A stretch of DNA of 64,000 nucleotides, taken from assembly GCA_902573865.1 (NCBI GenBank), contig CACGLI010000002.1, positions 20,753 through 84,752 of the forward strand. The letters run 5' to 3'. Below are positions 61,787-64,000 of this stretch, piece after piece. The stretch's first letter is position 1. The number at the start of each line of letters is the position of its first letter. The notes under the pieces are model-generated. The model worked only from the letters and a program-made list of their open reading frames with translations, was not told where the DNA came from and did no database searches. Position numbers and translations under genes: made by a program. Origin of the DNA: an uncultured Pelagibacteraceae bacterium. GTDB lineage: Bacteria; Pseudomonadota; Alphaproteobacteria; Pelagibacterales; Pelagibacteraceae.

Positions 61787-63100
61787 ATGAGAATTATTTT
61801 TTTTTTATCCATCTTAATAATTTTTACTTCATGTTCCTTTGATAATAAAACAGGCATTTGGAATGATCAGAAGACTGCTGTTATACCCGAACAATTTTCA
61901 AAATTAAAATCTTTAGAGGATAATAAAAAACAAGATCTTAAAACATCAATATCCAAAAAAGATAGTCTTTTTCTTTCAAGTTTGAAAAAAAATAAAAATT
62001 GGAACGATCCATTTTTTAATAATTTAAATAATACTTCAAATATTTCTTTTACTGAAAATGAAATTTATAATCTATCAAATAAAATTGTTAATAAAAAAAT
62101 CAAAAAAAATCTTCTGTTACATGAAAATAAATTTGTATTTAATGACGAAAAAGGAATTATATACATTTATTCCAGAGATATTCAAAAATTATCAAAATAT
62201 AATTTTTATAAAAAAAAGATAAAAAACTTCAGTCTTGAATTGTTCTATATAATACATAAAAATAAAATTATCGTTTCTGATAACTTGGGTTATGTTTATT
62301 GTATTGATTTAAGAACAAGCAAATTATTATGGGCTAAATTCTTTCAAATTCCCTTCAACTCAAACATTAAAATCTCATTAGATCAAATATTTTTAGCAAA
62401 TAGCAAGAACGATATTTTAGTTTTAGACTTAATTTCTGGAAAAAAAAATTGGAGTTTTGCTACTGATAAAAATATTTTTAAATCTAAATTTTCTAATAAT
62501 TTATTAATTAATAATAATAATATTTATCTACTAAATACAAATGGTAGTTTATATTCAATAAATTATGAAAGTAAGAACTTAAACTGGATTCTAAGTTTTA
62601 AAAATCAAGATGATAATGTTCAAGCCACCTTTGATGGTAAAATTACTATAATTGATAAGAACAAAATTTTAATTGTAACAGAGGATCTTATCTCATTACA
62701 TCAAGCATCTAGTGGTTTTAAGTTTTGGGAGCTAAAAATTGACACCGCTCTTAATCCAATAATATCTAATGATTTAATTTTTGTTCTTACTAAAGACAAT
62801 TCAGTATTAGCTTTAGAGACTGCAACTGGTAATTTAGTTTGGTCCAATGATGTAAGCAAATATCAAAAAAAAGAAGATCGATTTCTCTCAAGAGAAAAAA
62901 AATTACAACTAATAGATTTTAAATTAGTAAATAATTCACTTTATTTTTTTACTGCTAATAAGATTAAAAAGATTAATGCAAAAACTGGCGTTTTTATTTC
63001 TGAGTTTAAATTACCAACCATAATAAAAACTAATGTAATATTTGGTAATGGATTAATGTATTTTCTTGATAAAAAAAGTAGATTGGTAACGATTGGTTAA
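61787..63100 (+). CDS. PQQ-type beta-propeller lipoprotein (BamB-like)
   Basis: Lipobox FTSC; repeated xLDxxSGxxxW motifs. Confidence 0.75.
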   Translation: MRIIFFLSILIIFTSCSFDNKTGIWNDQKTAVIPEQFSKLKSLEDNKKQDLKTSISKKDSLFLSSLKKNKNWNDPFFNNLNNTSNISFTENEIYNLSNKIVNKKIKKNLLLHENKFVFNDEKGIIYIYSRDIQKLSKYNFYKKKIKNFSLELFYIIHKNKIIVSDNLGYVYCIDLRTSKLLWAKFFQIPFNSNIKISLDQIFLANSKNDILVLDLISGKKNWSFATDKNIFKSKFSNNLLINNNNIYLLNTNGSLYSINYESKNLNWILSFKNQDDNVQATFDGKITIIDKNKILIVTEDLISLHQASSGFKFWELKIDTALNPIISNDLIFVLTKDNSVLALETATGNLVWSNDVSKYQKKEDRFLSREKKLQLIDFKLVNNSLYFFTANKIKKINAKTGVFISEFKLPTIIKTNVIFGNGLMYFLDKKSRLVTIG

Positions 63101-63999
63101 TTTGATGACTTTCCACTTAATAATGAAAGTTGATCTACCTTAATATTTTTTTCATTATCAAGAGGCTTAATTGGATAGTCTCCAGTGAAATAATGGTCAC
63201 TGAATTGTGAATAATGATTGTTTCTTTTACCTTTACCCAAAGCTTTGTATAAACCATCTAAACTTAAAAATTTTAGTGATTTAGCCTCAATATAATCACA
63301 CATTTCACTATTACTTTTATCATGAGCTAATAATTCTTCTTTGGACGGCATATCAACACCATAAAAATCTGGAAATTTAATTTCTGGACACGCTATTCGA
63401 ACATGAACTTCTTTAGCACCTGCATTATAAAGCATTTTAACTATTTTTAGACAAGTAGTACCTCTGACAAGTGAATCATCGATCAGGATAATTTTTTTAT
63501 TTTCAATAATACTTCTTGTTGAGCTAAGTTTAAGTTTAACACCAAAACTTCTAATTTTTTGCGTAGGCTCGATAAATGTTCTTCCAACATAATGATTTCT
63601 AATCAAACCAAGCTCAAATTTTTTTTTGGACATTTCAGAATAACCTAATGCTGCAGCTACACCTGAGTCTGGCACTGGCACAACAATATCTGACTCTATG
63701 TCAGTTTCTAAGGCCAGTTGCTTTCCAAATTCTTTTCTGTATTCATATGCACATTTACCGTCAATAATACTATCTGGTCTTGAAAAATAGATGTATTCAA
63801 ATACACAGGGTTTTGCTTTAAGTTTAGGAAAAGGTTTGACACTTTTAATTTTACCATTTTCTATGATAACAATTTCACCATTTTCCACATCTCTTAAATA
63901 TTTTGCACCTACTATATCTAGCGCACAAGTTTCAGATGCGAATATATAAGAGTCTTTTAACTTTCCTATTACAAGTGGCCTAATTCCATAAGGGTCTCT
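63097..63999 (-). CDS. purF: Amidophosphoribosyltransferase, 5' part beyond the window end
   Basis: RDPYGIRPL, ASETCA, CVFEYIYFSRPDS, VPVPDSG, IDDSLVRGTT; frame open to the window edge. Confidence 0.96.
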   Translation of the reverse strand, partial: RDPYGIRPLVIGKLKDSYIFASETCALDIVGAKYLRDVENGEIVIIENGKIKSVKPFPKLKAKPCVFEYIYFSRPDSIIDGKCAYEYRKEFGKQLALETDIESDIVVPVPDSGVAAALGYSEMSKKKFELGLIRNHYVGRTFIEPTQKIRSFGVKLKLSSTRSIIENKKIILIDDSLVRGTTCLKIVKMLYNAGAKEVHVRIACPEIKFPDFYGVDMPSKEELLAHDKSNSEMCDYIEAKSLKFLSLDGLYKALGKGKRNNHYSQFSDHYFTGDYPIKPLDNEKNIKVDQLSLLSGKSSN

Positions 64000-64000
64000 T

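Noticed and set aside
1-64000. CRISPR arrays, integrases, transposases, prophage or defence systems
   Set aside because: No repeat-spacer periodicity and no ORF with relevant motifs; almost all bases are covered by housekeeping genes.

Overview
An AT-rich, extremely compact stretch of core chromosome from an alphaproteobacterium of the SAR11/Pelagibacterales type. This assignment is inferred from the gene order, lysine-rich proteins, near-zero intergenic spacers and a SAR11-like proteorhodopsin. It holds about 60 housekeeping CDSs: zapA-ygfA-ymdB-yebC, tol-pal, tilS-ftsH-folP-glmM-thiD-purA, rpoH, MEP/isoprenoid genes, glyQS-ppdK, nadA/nadC, prpE, a blue-tuned proteorhodopsin followed by fdx-fnr-gst, dksA, two envelope glycosyltransferases, recA, aldB-DUF779, alaS, icd, psd-pssA, guaB/guaA, panB and a partial purF. 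It also has two tRNAs (Arg-UCG, Leu-GAG) and several intrinsic terminators. I saw no CRISPR array, integrase, transposase or prophage. The most unusual observations are: (1) a MOC1/phage-type Holliday junction resolvase sitting alone where ruvC-ruvA-ruvB-ybgC normally lie; (2) a three-half-site LexA-like array upstream of a GFA-kinase-tolC operon that runs into recA; (3) a structured, palindromic proteorhodopsin leader and an unannotated 44-aa membrane ORF just downstream of the rhodopsin; (4) tRNA-Arg with a UCG anticodon; (5) nadA-nadC without nadB; (6) an aldB-DUF779 cassette between recA and alaS. All product calls come from motif recognition by eye, not database searches, and I cannot confirm that any finding is undescribed.
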